From an uncultured Candidatus Saccharibacteria bacterium (lineage in GTDB: Bacteria > Patescibacteriota > Minisyncoccia > Sungbacterales > JACQCQ01), in the NCBI GenBank assembly GCA_964428455.1, contig CAYRYI010000007.1, positions 1-16,160 on the forward strand: a stretch of 16,160 nucleotides of DNA. Reading direction: 5' to 3'. The position numbers and the translations under genes were made by a program. A model generated the notes under the pieces. That model worked only from the letters and a program-made list of their open reading frames with translations. It was not told the DNA's origin and searched no databases. Positions 8,094 through 14,168 of this stretch are shown here, in pieces (positions within the stretch are counted from its first letter, which is position 1; each line of letters begins with the position of its first letter).

Positions 8094-8224
8094 GAACTTC
8101 GAGCGATTCCCTCTTTCATCCCGACAATTCGGGATTTCGGAGGGGGTAAGTATTTCGCTCTTCTGACATCCGCATTTTGGTTGCGGAGTTTAGAAGAGCG
8201 GGCGAATGAGTCCTCCCACTCGCC
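8094..8224. repeat. Structured repeat family, copy C (extended, carrying extra inserted hairpins)
   Basis: GAACTTCGAGCGATT-[CCCTC...CCCGACAATTCGGG...GAGGGGG insert]-ATTTCGCTCTTCTGA...AGAAGAGCGGGCGAATGAGTC, then a GGCGA..TCGCC hairpin. The 58-bp core is identical to copy B. Confidence 0.7.
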
Positions 8225-8261
8225 ACCCTTGGCATCGTCCCGGACATCTCCGGAATCGCGC

Positions 8262-8657
8262 CTAACGCCGTGGACACGGCGGAATGGCTATATCTCGCCA
8301 CTCACGAGTTTGATTGCGGTTGGAGTGAAGTTCCCATACCGGTTTCCCATAAGAGCGCCCCAACTCGCCCTGATGGTATCCGCCTGCTTGGCGGACCCGG
8401 TTCCCTATGCCCCGCGCTCTATCTAGCGCGGCCTCGATGTGGGACGTGCACGCGGCCTTGGCCACGGCTCGTTCAACCACACCCCCTCTCCGCCCTTTGC
8501 AATGGCGGCGGCTTCGGCATAGGTTTCTCTGGTACGGCGCCCGCGCGAGCGCCAGGGCGATGGTAGCTAGCCGCCGCTCCAGAGATCCTGCGCCCCCGAC
8601 GCTGCGAAAGGGCCGACAGGAGGATAGAGGTAAAACTACGTTATCAATGTTCGACAT
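8262..8657 (-). other. GC-rich (~65%) transcribed block immediately downstream of a consensus - strand promoter. It is either a leaderless 131-aa Arg/Gly/Ala-rich ORF or, more likely, a structured non-coding RNA
   Basis: TTGACA-16-TATAAT is positioned so that transcription would start at or near the ATG at 8657. The putative protein is low-complexity and no alternative frame is convincing. Confidence 0.3.
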
Positions 8658-8662
8658 CGTGC

Positions 8663-8690
8663 ATTATACTCGCCTGCAGAATTTTGTCAA
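8663..8690 (-). promoter_or_regulatory. Near-consensus sigma70 promoter on - strand (TTGACA-16-TATAAT)
   Basis: Reverse complement of 8685-8690 is TTGACA and of 8663-8668 is TATAAT. It sits in an AT-rich hub and is divergent from the + strand promoter at 8829. Confidence 0.6.
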
Positions 8691-8828
8691 GTCCATTTGA
8701 CACTTTATGATACGATAAATAGGTTTATTTGGCTTAAATACTTGCTAAATAAGATAATAGATGTTTATATGTGTTAACAGTTATCGGCATACTAAAATAA
8801 AGACAATAAATTGTTTTGTCCTTACCTA

Positions 8829-8857
8829 TTGACAAATATTTAGCTACGGACTATACT
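8829..8857 (+). promoter_or_regulatory. Near-consensus sigma70 promoter on + strand (TTGACA-17-TATACT)
   Basis: -35 at 8829-8834 and -10 at 8852-8857. It is followed by a GC-rich structured region ending at a strong terminator. Confidence 0.6.
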
Positions 8858-8863
8858 TGAGTT

Positions 8864-9207
8864 GCTCTTCAAAATCGCCTTTTCCGCGGGCAGGAATGCC
8901 CGCATAGGCCCATGAACCCTTACCCGGGGGCGCTCTGCCACCGGTATCGCTCCCGGAGGGGGTGAGATCATGCTCGACGGTTAACCAGCTGACCGTCGAC
9001 TGGCGGGGCCTAAGCCCCGCCAGGGGAATGGCTGGGATACCCGAGAAGAAAGGAGGAAAAGGGGATGTTCGACGGATAGTTCTCGTTTTCGCGGCGCGAC
9101 CTAGACGGCTGCGCCGGGCGGCGACAGCAAGTCGCCGTCGAAGGAAGTCCTTCATCGGAAAGGGCCCGGTTCGCGCATTGCGCGGCCGGGCCCTCATAAT
9201 TTTTATT
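8864..9207 (+). ncRNA. Candidate ~340-nt structured ncRNA of unassigned family
   Basis: Promoter to terminator with no credible ORF. It contains many GC hairpins (GCGGGCA-GGAA-TGCCCGC, CGGGGCC-TAA-GCCCCG, GACGGTtaaccagcTGACCGTC, GGCGAC-agcaa-GTCGCC). The terminal hairpin GGGCCCGGttCGCGC-ATT-GCGCGgCCGGGCCC at 9162-9193 is followed by a T-rich tract. Confidence 0.4.
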
Positions 9208-9218
9208 CGAGTTAAATC

Positions 9219-9968
9219 CTAGACGTGATCTGCGCCAAGCCAAGCTAGTTCAAAGACTAGGCGCATTGTATTTGCTATTTCCGGTTCTTCTATAATAGCC
9301 GTCATCGACTGACCGCGCAGCGTTGTAAGTGCAACCCTGGAACTATAAATTGATATGTCGGCTGAAAACGGAAACTTATCTTTCGGCACGAAACGTCTTT
9401 CTCCCGAGCTTACAAATCCCCCAAAAGGCCCATCGGCGCTTGTATAAATGGCTCTGATTTTAATTCCGAGTTCATCTCTCTTTTTAATAAATGCTTTGGT
9501 TTGTTCTAGCGGAAACAAATTTTTAACCTCATCGAAAGAATAAATTGCCAGAACTTCTTTCGCCCCAGATGAGAGAAGGTCTTCTCTGACGGCCTCTCTT
9601 CCTTCCGACCCTTCAAAGAATCTTACCCGCGGCCTGTCTCGCGAACCGGAAAATAACGCGTCCAGTTCCGGTAATATCTTTGAAAATTCATTTTCTTTTG
9701 TCCTTATTTCCTCTTCCTGCGTTCTGAATATTCTAAGCAAAACGCTCGGATTTTCCGCAGCGAATAAGATTTTGTTTTTCTTTTCAACCGTACTTACGAC
9801 CCCGCGCCTTTTGAGCGTTTCGAGGACGACATAAGTCGTCGCCCGATTGACTTTGGCCTTTGCGGCAATATCCTGAACTGCCGCGCTCCCCAATTCCAAG
9901 AGCGCGAGATAAACTCGCGCCTCTTTATCCGAAAATCCCAATTTCTTCAGCTCAAGCTCAAGCGGCAT
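9219..9968 (-). CDS. TrmB-family HTH transcriptional regulator
   Basis: N-terminal winged HTH EARVYLALLELGSAAVQDIAAKAKVNRATTYVVLETLKRRGVV, typical of TrmB. 249 aa, with a C-terminal sensing domain. Confidence 0.75.
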   Translation of the reverse strand: MPLELELKKLGFSDKEARVYLALLELGSAAVQDIAAKAKVNRATTYVVLETLKRRGVVSTVEKKNKILFAAENPSVLLRIFRTQEEEIRTKENEFSKILPELDALFSGSRDRPRVRFFEGSEGREAVREDLLSSGAKEVLAIYSFDEVKNLFPLEQTKAFIKKRDELGIKIRAIYTSADGPFGGFVSSGERRFVPKDKFPFSADISIYSSRVALTTLRGQSMTAIIEEPEIANTMRLVFELAWLGADHV

Positions 9969-10062
9969 ATGACACTATTATACCATTCCACCCTGTTGCA
10001 AACCGAGGCCCATGCTTTTTAGAGCGGTTGGGGACATTCTGAAAAAATCTGCTCCTGCGGAG

Positions 10063-10275
10063 TTAGGCGCTGTCCCAGTCGTTTTGAGTAACCCCGGCTT
10101 GCCGAAGTATTTCAGAAACGAGGTGTTTCGAAATATCTCCGCGGTGCGGATTCGGTATGCGGATTTTCAGATCGTTGTTTGCCATGAATAAATGCCGGCC
10201 GCCCGAATAGGGGCCGTCAAATCCCAAGCGGCGCAATTTCTGAACCAGTTTCCGCCACGAAACGTTTCTAGGCAT
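10063..10275 (-). CDS. hicA: HicA-family mRNA interferase toxin
   Basis: 70 aa. Its pattern matches HicA/YcfA (WRKLVQKLRRLGF...GGRHLFMA...IRIPNPHRGDISKHLVSEILRQAGV). It overlaps upstream hicB by 8 nt. Confidence 0.8.
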   Translation of the reverse strand: MPRNVSWRKLVQKLRRLGFDGPYSGGRHLFMANNDLKIRIPNPHRGDISKHLVSEILRQAGVTQNDWDSA

Positions 10276-10513
10276 TTCTTACCAGTTGCCGGCGATCAAC
10301 TTTAAATTCAAAACCCGGCACTTTTTCTCGCGCCCGCACCTTAAGAAAAATCCAGTCCTCTAAAACTTCTCGAAGTTCCGCCCGGCAACTTTCAAGACTT
10401 TTTGTGTTTGCCCAAACCCCCTTTAGTCCCGGTATCTCGCCAAAATACGTGCGATCTTTCAAAAGCTTGTACTTGGCTCCTTTAAGCTTTTTATCGATGA
10501 ATTCACTAAGCAT
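10268..10513 (-). CDS. hicB: HicB-family antitoxin
   Basis: 81 aa. YFGEIPGLKGVWANTKSLESCRAELREVLEDWI matches the HicB/UPF0150 fold. It is paired with hicA. Confidence 0.7.
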   Translation of the reverse strand: MLSEFIDKKLKGAKYKLLKDRTYFGEIPGLKGVWANTKSLESCRAELREVLEDWIFLKVRAREKVPGFEFKVDRRQLVRNA

Positions 10514-10623
10514 GTGGTGAAATGATAAACAATTTATGATTGAAAATCAACGCTTCGTTGCGGCGGAAATTTTCTGGGTGTCCCGGTGTTTTCTCGGCGC
10601 TATCTTATTGCAATGATTGAAAT

Positions 10624-10977
10624 CTATTTTGCGCCGCGCCTGGCAAGCAAATATGCCGAGCGGAAGTATGGAACCAATGCGGCGGCTTCCCGATTCGTTT
10701 TCGGCAGCGGAACCTCAAGCCATCTGCCGAAGGGCCGCCCCGCGTTGAAGAATTGGCGCACCTGCCTACCGGCAGGCAGGCTTCCCCTTTCCTTGAGCAG
10801 TTCGCGGCGATTGGCCTGCGGCACTTTTATGCCGAATGAATCCTCCATCACGAACGCAAAGAGTTTCGGCCCATAGAAAAATCCGGCGGAACCGAATAGA
10901 TGCCGGATATGGCGGCGCGGCCACTTGGCGGTTTTCGATTCTAAATACTTGATAAACGATGCGCGCGAAACTCCCAT
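10624..10977 (-). CDS. TfoX/Sxy N-terminal-domain family protein
   Basis: RHLFGSAGFFYGPKLFAFVMEDSFGIKVP...PF...WLEVP matches the TfoX_N pattern (R.MFGG.G.Y.dG.mFA.v.dd.lYLKvd). The frame is open to a TTG at 11064, so the start is uncertain. The gene contains a REP-like palindrome at 10761-10780. Confidence 0.5.
   Translation of the reverse strand: MGVSRASFIKYLESKTAKWPRRHIRHLFGSAGFFYGPKLFAFVMEDSFGIKVPQANRRELLKERGSLPAGRQVRQFFNAGRPFGRWLEVPLPKTNREAAALVPYFRSAYLLARRGAK
10761..10780. repeat. REP-like palindrome CCTGCCTACCGGCAGGCAGG (copy 2, inside a coding region)
   Basis: 19/20 identical to 172-191. It lies in-frame in the TfoX-like gene and encodes ...LPAGRQ.... Confidence 0.5.
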
Positions 10978-11138
10978 ACGGGGTGGTCGAGATCCAACTA
11001 TTGATGCTATTATAATACGCGATAGCGTATTATAATAGCGGACAGCAAGAAGGTAATTTCTCAAATTGACTTTACTTTAAGGCGCGCCTAATGTGTAGCC
11101 AGCGAGCACCTTCCCACTAACCATAAAGGAGGCCCGGG

Positions 11139-12290
11139 ATGACACACGCCGCCGCTCTCATCGTATTCGCGGTATCGGCGATGTTTCTATCTTCTCCCGC
11201 GGCCGCAGAGGGCGAGCCGCGGGCAGGGCTGGCCGCGAGGTCATGCAAAATGCCCGCGCCGCACAGTATCAAGGGAGTCTATCTCCCGGTGCCGAACGCG
11301 GAGAACCCCGCGGTGCTCGATCGCTTCATCGCGCTTGCCAAGCAGCGCGAGATCAACAGCTTCGTGATAGATGTGAACGAGTCGGGCAATTTTCTCATGG
11401 AGCATAACCGGAGAATCCTCCGGCGGCTCCACGACGAATGCATCTGGCCCATCGCGCGGCTCGTGGCGTTCAAGGCCGACCAGACGTGGTTTACCGACAT
11501 ATTTAACAGGCCCCTCGCAAAGAACGCTCTGCCGCGCGAGCTCCTGCGTAATCAGAGGGGCGAGGTTTGGCGCGATGCCGGCAACCATGCCTGGTTGAAT
11601 CCGTTTGATCGGATGGTTTGGAAGATCGCAGTCGATATGGCGATCTATGCCATTGACCTCGGATTTATGGAAATCCAGTTCGACTACGTCCGCTTCCCCA
11701 CCGATGGCCGCGTAAGCGAAATAGAATTTGGCGAGCCCGTCAGCAGTAGGGTGAGGGCTGAAACCATCACGGCTTTCATGGACTATGCCCAGCGCCGCAT
11801 CAAGACCGAGCGGCCGTGGGCCATGATCGCCGCGGATATTTTCGGCGAGGCTGCGATGGTAACGTCCAGCGCCGACCCGACCGGCAACGGGCAGAACCTC
11901 CGAGAGATTCTTCGCTTCGTGGATAGAATCGCTCCGATGGTTTACCCATCGCACTGGGCACCGGGCCGCTTCGGCTGTCCCATCCCGGCTGAATGTCCCG
12001 CCAAGGTGACGCGCTCGGCGCTGGCCGGGCTGGTTGCATACGTTCGGCAGACCTATCCCGGCGTTCAGATTTGCCCGTGGCTGCAGGATTTCCCGGCGCG
12101 CAACTGGCGCACCATCAAGGTTGTGCCGTATGGTCCGCGTGAGGTGCGCTTGCAGATCGATGCCGCCGAGGACCTAGGGCTAAGGTGCTGGATGCTCTGG
12201 AACCCTAAGCGCGTGAACGGCGGGAATCCTGTTCTGCACTACAGCGTCGAGGCCCTCCGTCTGCGGTTGCCAGCCATCGCCTCCGACTGA
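11139..12290 (+). CDS. Secreted TIM-barrel glycoside-hydrolase-like protein (GHL10/DUF4015-like)
   Basis: Signal peptide MTHAAALIVFAVSAMFLSSPAAAEG and SD AAAGGAGG 7 nt upstream. Motifs INSFVIDVNE, WLNPFD and EIQFDYVRFP are characteristic of the GHL10 family. Confidence 0.5.
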   Translation: MTHAAALIVFAVSAMFLSSPAAAEGEPRAGLAARSCKMPAPHSIKGVYLPVPNAENPAVLDRFIALAKQREINSFVIDVNESGNFLMEHNRRILRRLHDECIWPIARLVAFKADQTWFTDIFNRPLAKNALPRELLRNQRGEVWRDAGNHAWLNPFDRMVWKIAVDMAIYAIDLGFMEIQFDYVRFPTDGRVSEIEFGEPVSSRVRAETITAFMDYAQRRIKTERPWAMIAADIFGEAAMVTSSADPTGNGQNLREILRFVDRIAPMVYPSHWAPGRFGCPIPAECPAKVTRSALAGLVAYVRQTYPGVQICPWLQDFPARNWRTIKVVPYGPREVRLQIDAAEDLGLRCWMLWNPKRVNGGNPVLHYSVEALRLRLPAIASD

Positions 12291-12318
12291 AAGTTGCGCC
12301 GGAAGCGCCGGCGCAAAT

Positions 12319-12352
12319 CACCCCGACACGCGCGTGTCGGGGTGATTTTCTG
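12319..12352. terminator. Rho-independent terminator after the GH-like gene
   Basis: Perfect palindrome CACCCCGACACGCGCGTGTCGGGGTG followed by ATTTTCTGTT. Confidence 0.7.
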
Positions 12353-12356
12353 TTAT

Positions 12357-12429
12357 GGAGCGAGTGAGGGGAATCGAACCCCTGGCATCAGCTTGGAAAG
12401 CTGAGGTATTGCCACTATACGACACTCGC
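12357..12429 (-). tRNA. tRNA-Gly(UCC), CCA encoded
   Basis: On the - strand the sequence is GCGAGTG-TC-GTAT-AGTGGCAAT-AC...TCAGC-TTTCCAA-GCTGA-TGC-CAGGG-GTTCGATT-CCCCT-CACTCGC-T-CCA. The anticodon loop gives UCC. Confidence 0.85.
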
Positions 12430-12510
12430 AATTACACAAACATTCTGCAAAACTTTCCCAAAGAAGGCAACCGCAATTCACCCGACATCAAATTCAATTC
12501 ATATATCCCC

Positions 12511-12550
12511 AATACACATATTACACACTATAGTGTTTAATATGTGTATT
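12511..12550. repeat. 40-bp near-perfect AT-rich palindrome
   Basis: AATACACATATTA-CACACTATAGTGT-TTAATATGTGTATT. It lies ~80 nt upstream of tRNA-Gly on the - strand and is likely an operator or bidirectional element. Confidence 0.5.
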
Positions 12551-12646
12551 TGATAAAAGTCGGAAAATTCCGGTCGGGGGGCCGATCCGTCAGCTGACGG
12601 AGAACCTAGTCTGTATGCTTCTTCGCCCCGTTAGAAATCGAGTTAA

Positions 12647-12717
12647 TCGGGCTGCTGGGAATCGAACCCAGTCTGCATGCTCCCAAAGCATGTGTACTGC
12701 CGGTATACTACAGCCCG
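12647..12717 (-). tRNA. tRNA-Pro(UGG)
   Basis: CGGGCTG-TA-GTAT-ACCGGCA-GTAC-A-CATGC-TTTGGGA-GCATG-CAGA-CTGGG-TTCGATT-CCCAG-CAGCCCG-A. C1:G72, G37, anticodon UGG. No encoded CCA. Confidence 0.85.
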
Positions 12718-12822
12718 CCACACTAATTTAAAAATCAAATATCAAAAATAAAAATCATGGAAGTCGCGTCTGACGCGACCACATTCATTTTGATCTTTTC
12801 ATTTTGAATTTTGATTTCGCGG

Positions 12823-13212
12823 CTAGACGCCGCGCTGGTCCCAAACGGCGTTTTCGATATGGTCAATATGCTTGACTTTGAGCTCGCTGTCGAGGGTTAC
12901 GGAAATCACATCTATCTGCCATTCAACATCAGGATCAATTCTCTCTCTCACAAGATAGAGCTCGCACAACCCCTGCAGACGCCTGCGCTTTCGCCTGTCC
13001 ACCCGCTCCTCGGGACTGAATGCCTCCCTATGTGTCTCTATGCTGGTTTTTACCTCAACAAAATAGAGCTTTCCGCGCCTTTTCGCAACAATATCCAACT
13101 CCCCCATCGGCATCTCGTAGTTTTGGGCGACAACCGAGTAGCCCTTTGACTTAAGATGTTCCACGGCGGCCCTCTCCCCCGCCAGACCGATTTCCAAGTT
13201 TTTCAGAGCCAT
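12823..13212 (-). CDS. yraN: YraN-family (UPF0102) endonuclease
   Basis: GERAAVEHLKSKGYSVVAQNYEMPMGELDIVAKRRGKLYFVEVKT is the canonical YraN signature. 129 aa. Confidence 0.8.
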   Translation of the reverse strand: MALKNLEIGLAGERAAVEHLKSKGYSVVAQNYEMPMGELDIVAKRRGKLYFVEVKTSIETHREAFSPEERVDRRKRRRLQGLCELYLVRERIDPDVEWQIDVISVTLDSELKVKHIDHIENAVWDQRGV

Positions 13213-13265
13213 TTTTGAATCATATCCTGTTGTTCATGGTCGAACAACTGTTAATTCGCCCAATG

Positions 13266-13293
13266 TTGATATTTCTGTGAAACTGTTTATAAT
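13266..13293 (+). promoter_or_regulatory. sigma70-like promoter (TTGATA-16-TATAAT) for the LAGLIDADG gene
   Basis: Lies in the AT-rich intergenic region shared divergently with yraN. A hairpin AATGTTT-gtgatga-AACATT abuts the start codon. Confidence 0.5.
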
Positions 13294-13334
13294 GTTAATT
13301 GGTGTAACAATATCAATGTTTGTGATGAAACATT

Positions 13335-13748
13335 ATGAGTAATAAGTCAGAATTTTACAGAGCGGTCAGAGATGAAACTTATCGTACCAGAGAAGAGATA
13401 CGAGATAGAATAACCGATGAATACATCCTCGGGTTATTCGAGGGAGAAGGCTGTTTTGGGAACATGCGTGACGGCAGAGGAAACCAGGTGCCAGCGTTCA
13501 TGCTAAAGATGCATGTACGAGATAAGGAGCTTATTGAGGGCATAAGGGATTATTTAGGAGTGCCCGACAGAGTCTACGAATATAAGCACGGCGGTAGGCA
13601 TTATGCCCTACTTCAGATCAGAGACATTGGGACACTGAAAAATAAGATCGTACCAATCTTTCATACCAAGCTTCTTGGTCATAAAGGTACACAGTTGGAG
13701 GCGTGGTTAAAAAAATATCCGTACCTTAGGGGTCTACATCAAAAGTGA
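13335..13748 (+). CDS. Free-standing single-motif LAGLIDADG homing endonuclease (I-CreI-like size)
   Basis: 137 aa. ILGLFEGEGCF is the LAGLIDADG motif and ...KIVPIFHTKLLGHKGTQLEAWL is the typical C-terminal region. The gene is strongly AT-rich relative to its neighbours and is not embedded in any recognisable intron or intein. Confidence 0.75.
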   Translation: MSNKSEFYRAVRDETYRTREEIRDRITDEYILGLFEGEGCFGNMRDGRGNQVPAFMLKMHVRDKELIEGIRDYLGVPDRVYEYKHGGRHYALLQIRDIGTLKNKIVPIFHTKLLGHKGTQLEAWLKKYPYLRGLHQK

Positions 13749-13785
13749 GTAAATAAGCCAAAAAATCGTGTTTCATGACAAACAT

Positions 13786-13821
13786 CTAAAGGACATTCCG
13801 TTTAGACTGAATGTCCTTTAG
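13786..13821. terminator. Perfect 13-bp-stem hairpin between convergent HE gene and tRNA cluster
   Basis: CTAAAGGACATTC-cgtttagact-GAATGTCCTTTAG. Likely a bidirectional terminator. Confidence 0.55.
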
Positions 13822-13900
13822 ATATGTCCTATATAAATAGAGCTGGGAAGTGGGTAACGAAGGGATCGAACCTTCGGCCTCTGTCGTGTGAAGACAGCGC

Positions 13901-13927
13901 TCTGCTTCACCCTCCCACCTTTTTAGT
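13901..13927. repeat. Inverted repeat arm (partner at 14171-14191) forming a ~20-bp helix in the - strand transcript
   Basis: The + strand sequence ACTAAAGGTGGGAGGGTAAGC at 14171-14191 is the reverse complement of CACCCTCCCACCTTTTTAGT at 13908-13927, with small bulges. Confidence 0.6.
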
Positions 13928-13981
13928 GGACGCCTCTGGGACCCAACCAGCAATCTTCGTAACTTACCCCGTTAGGTTTAT

Positions 13982-14020
13982 TGGTGGGCGCAGTAGGTAT
14001 CGAACCTACGACCTTTGCAA
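13982..14020 (-). tRNA. tRNA-Glu(UUC) 3' half (exon 2, CCA encoded)
   Basis: T-TGCAA-AGGTC-GTAGG-TTCGATA-CCTAC-TGCGCCC-A-CCA. It completes the anticodon stem and acceptor stem of the 5' half at 14133-14168. Confidence 0.65.
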
Positions 14021-14132
14021 TGCTTGCCCCGTTAGATCTAAATATGGGCAGTACAGGATTTGAACCTGTGACCCCCGCAATGTGAATGCAGTGCTCTACC
14101 ACTGAGCTAACTGCCCATGAGATCTAATAGGG
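14021..14132 (-). other. 112-nt intron-like insert in the tRNA-Glu anticodon loop, consisting of tRNA-Val flanked by a 13-bp helix
   Basis: The 5' flank is CCCTATTAGATCTCAT and the 3' flank is TATTTAGATCTAACGGGGCAAGCA. CCCTATTAGATCT pairs with AGATCTAACGGGG at 12 of 13 positions. The junction falls at loop position 37/38, or 35/36 given the duplicated CA. Confidence 0.55.
14045..14116 (-). tRNA. tRNA-Val(CAC), complete, embedded inside the tRNA-Glu gene
   Basis: GGGCAGT-TA-GCTC-AGTGGTA-GAGC-A-CTGCA-TTCACAT-TGCGG-GGGTC-ACAGG-TTCAAAT-CCTGT-ACTGCCC-A. All four stems pair and the anticodon is CAC. Confidence 0.8.
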
Positions 14133-14168
14133 TGAAAATGCAACGCTCTACCACTGAGCTATGCGCCC
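14133..14168 (-). tRNA. tRNA-Glu(UUC) 5' half (exon 1)
   Basis: GGGCGCA-TA-GCTC-AGTGGTA-GAGC-G-TTGCA-TTTTCA. The acceptor 5' strand is exactly complementary to TGCGCCC in the 3' half. Confidence 0.65.

Noticed and set aside
6537-8224. CRISPR array or integron attC cassette array as the explanation for the repeat family.
   Set aside because: The repeats are not regularly spaced and there are only 4-5 of them, with gaps of 0.1-1.1 kb. No cas or intI gene is in the window, and the attC core sites RYYYAAC/GTTRRRY are absent. The repeats remain unexplained, but not as either of these.
8864-9207. tmRNA or RNase P RNA identity for the structured RNA.
   Set aside because: There is a partial 5' resemblance to tmRNA (…CUCGACGG), but no tRNA-like 3' end (T-arm, ACCA) and no tag reading frame ending in a stop after Ala-rich codons. 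The RNase P P4 strands and CR-II/CR-IV motifs are absent.
8844-9243. Arg-rich ORFs on both strands over the GC-rich 8864-9207 region (8844-9197 -, 8962-9222 +, 9010-9243 -).
   Set aside because: Their composition is extremely biased (poly-R/P/G). The GTG at 8962 is flush against the SD-like sequence, leaving no spacer. The region is better explained as a structured RNA.
12540-12646. A third tRNA between tRNA-Gly and tRNA-Pro (12560-12645).
   Set aside because: It contains hairpins (CCGTCAGCTGACGG, CCGGTCGGGGGGCCG) but no T-loop, D-arm or acceptor pairing. It is probably spacer or processing structure.
12811-13149. + strand 112-aa ORF antisense to yraN, and 12355-12540 + ORF over tRNA-Gly.
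   Set aside because: They overlap confidently called features on the opposite strand and have no translation signals.
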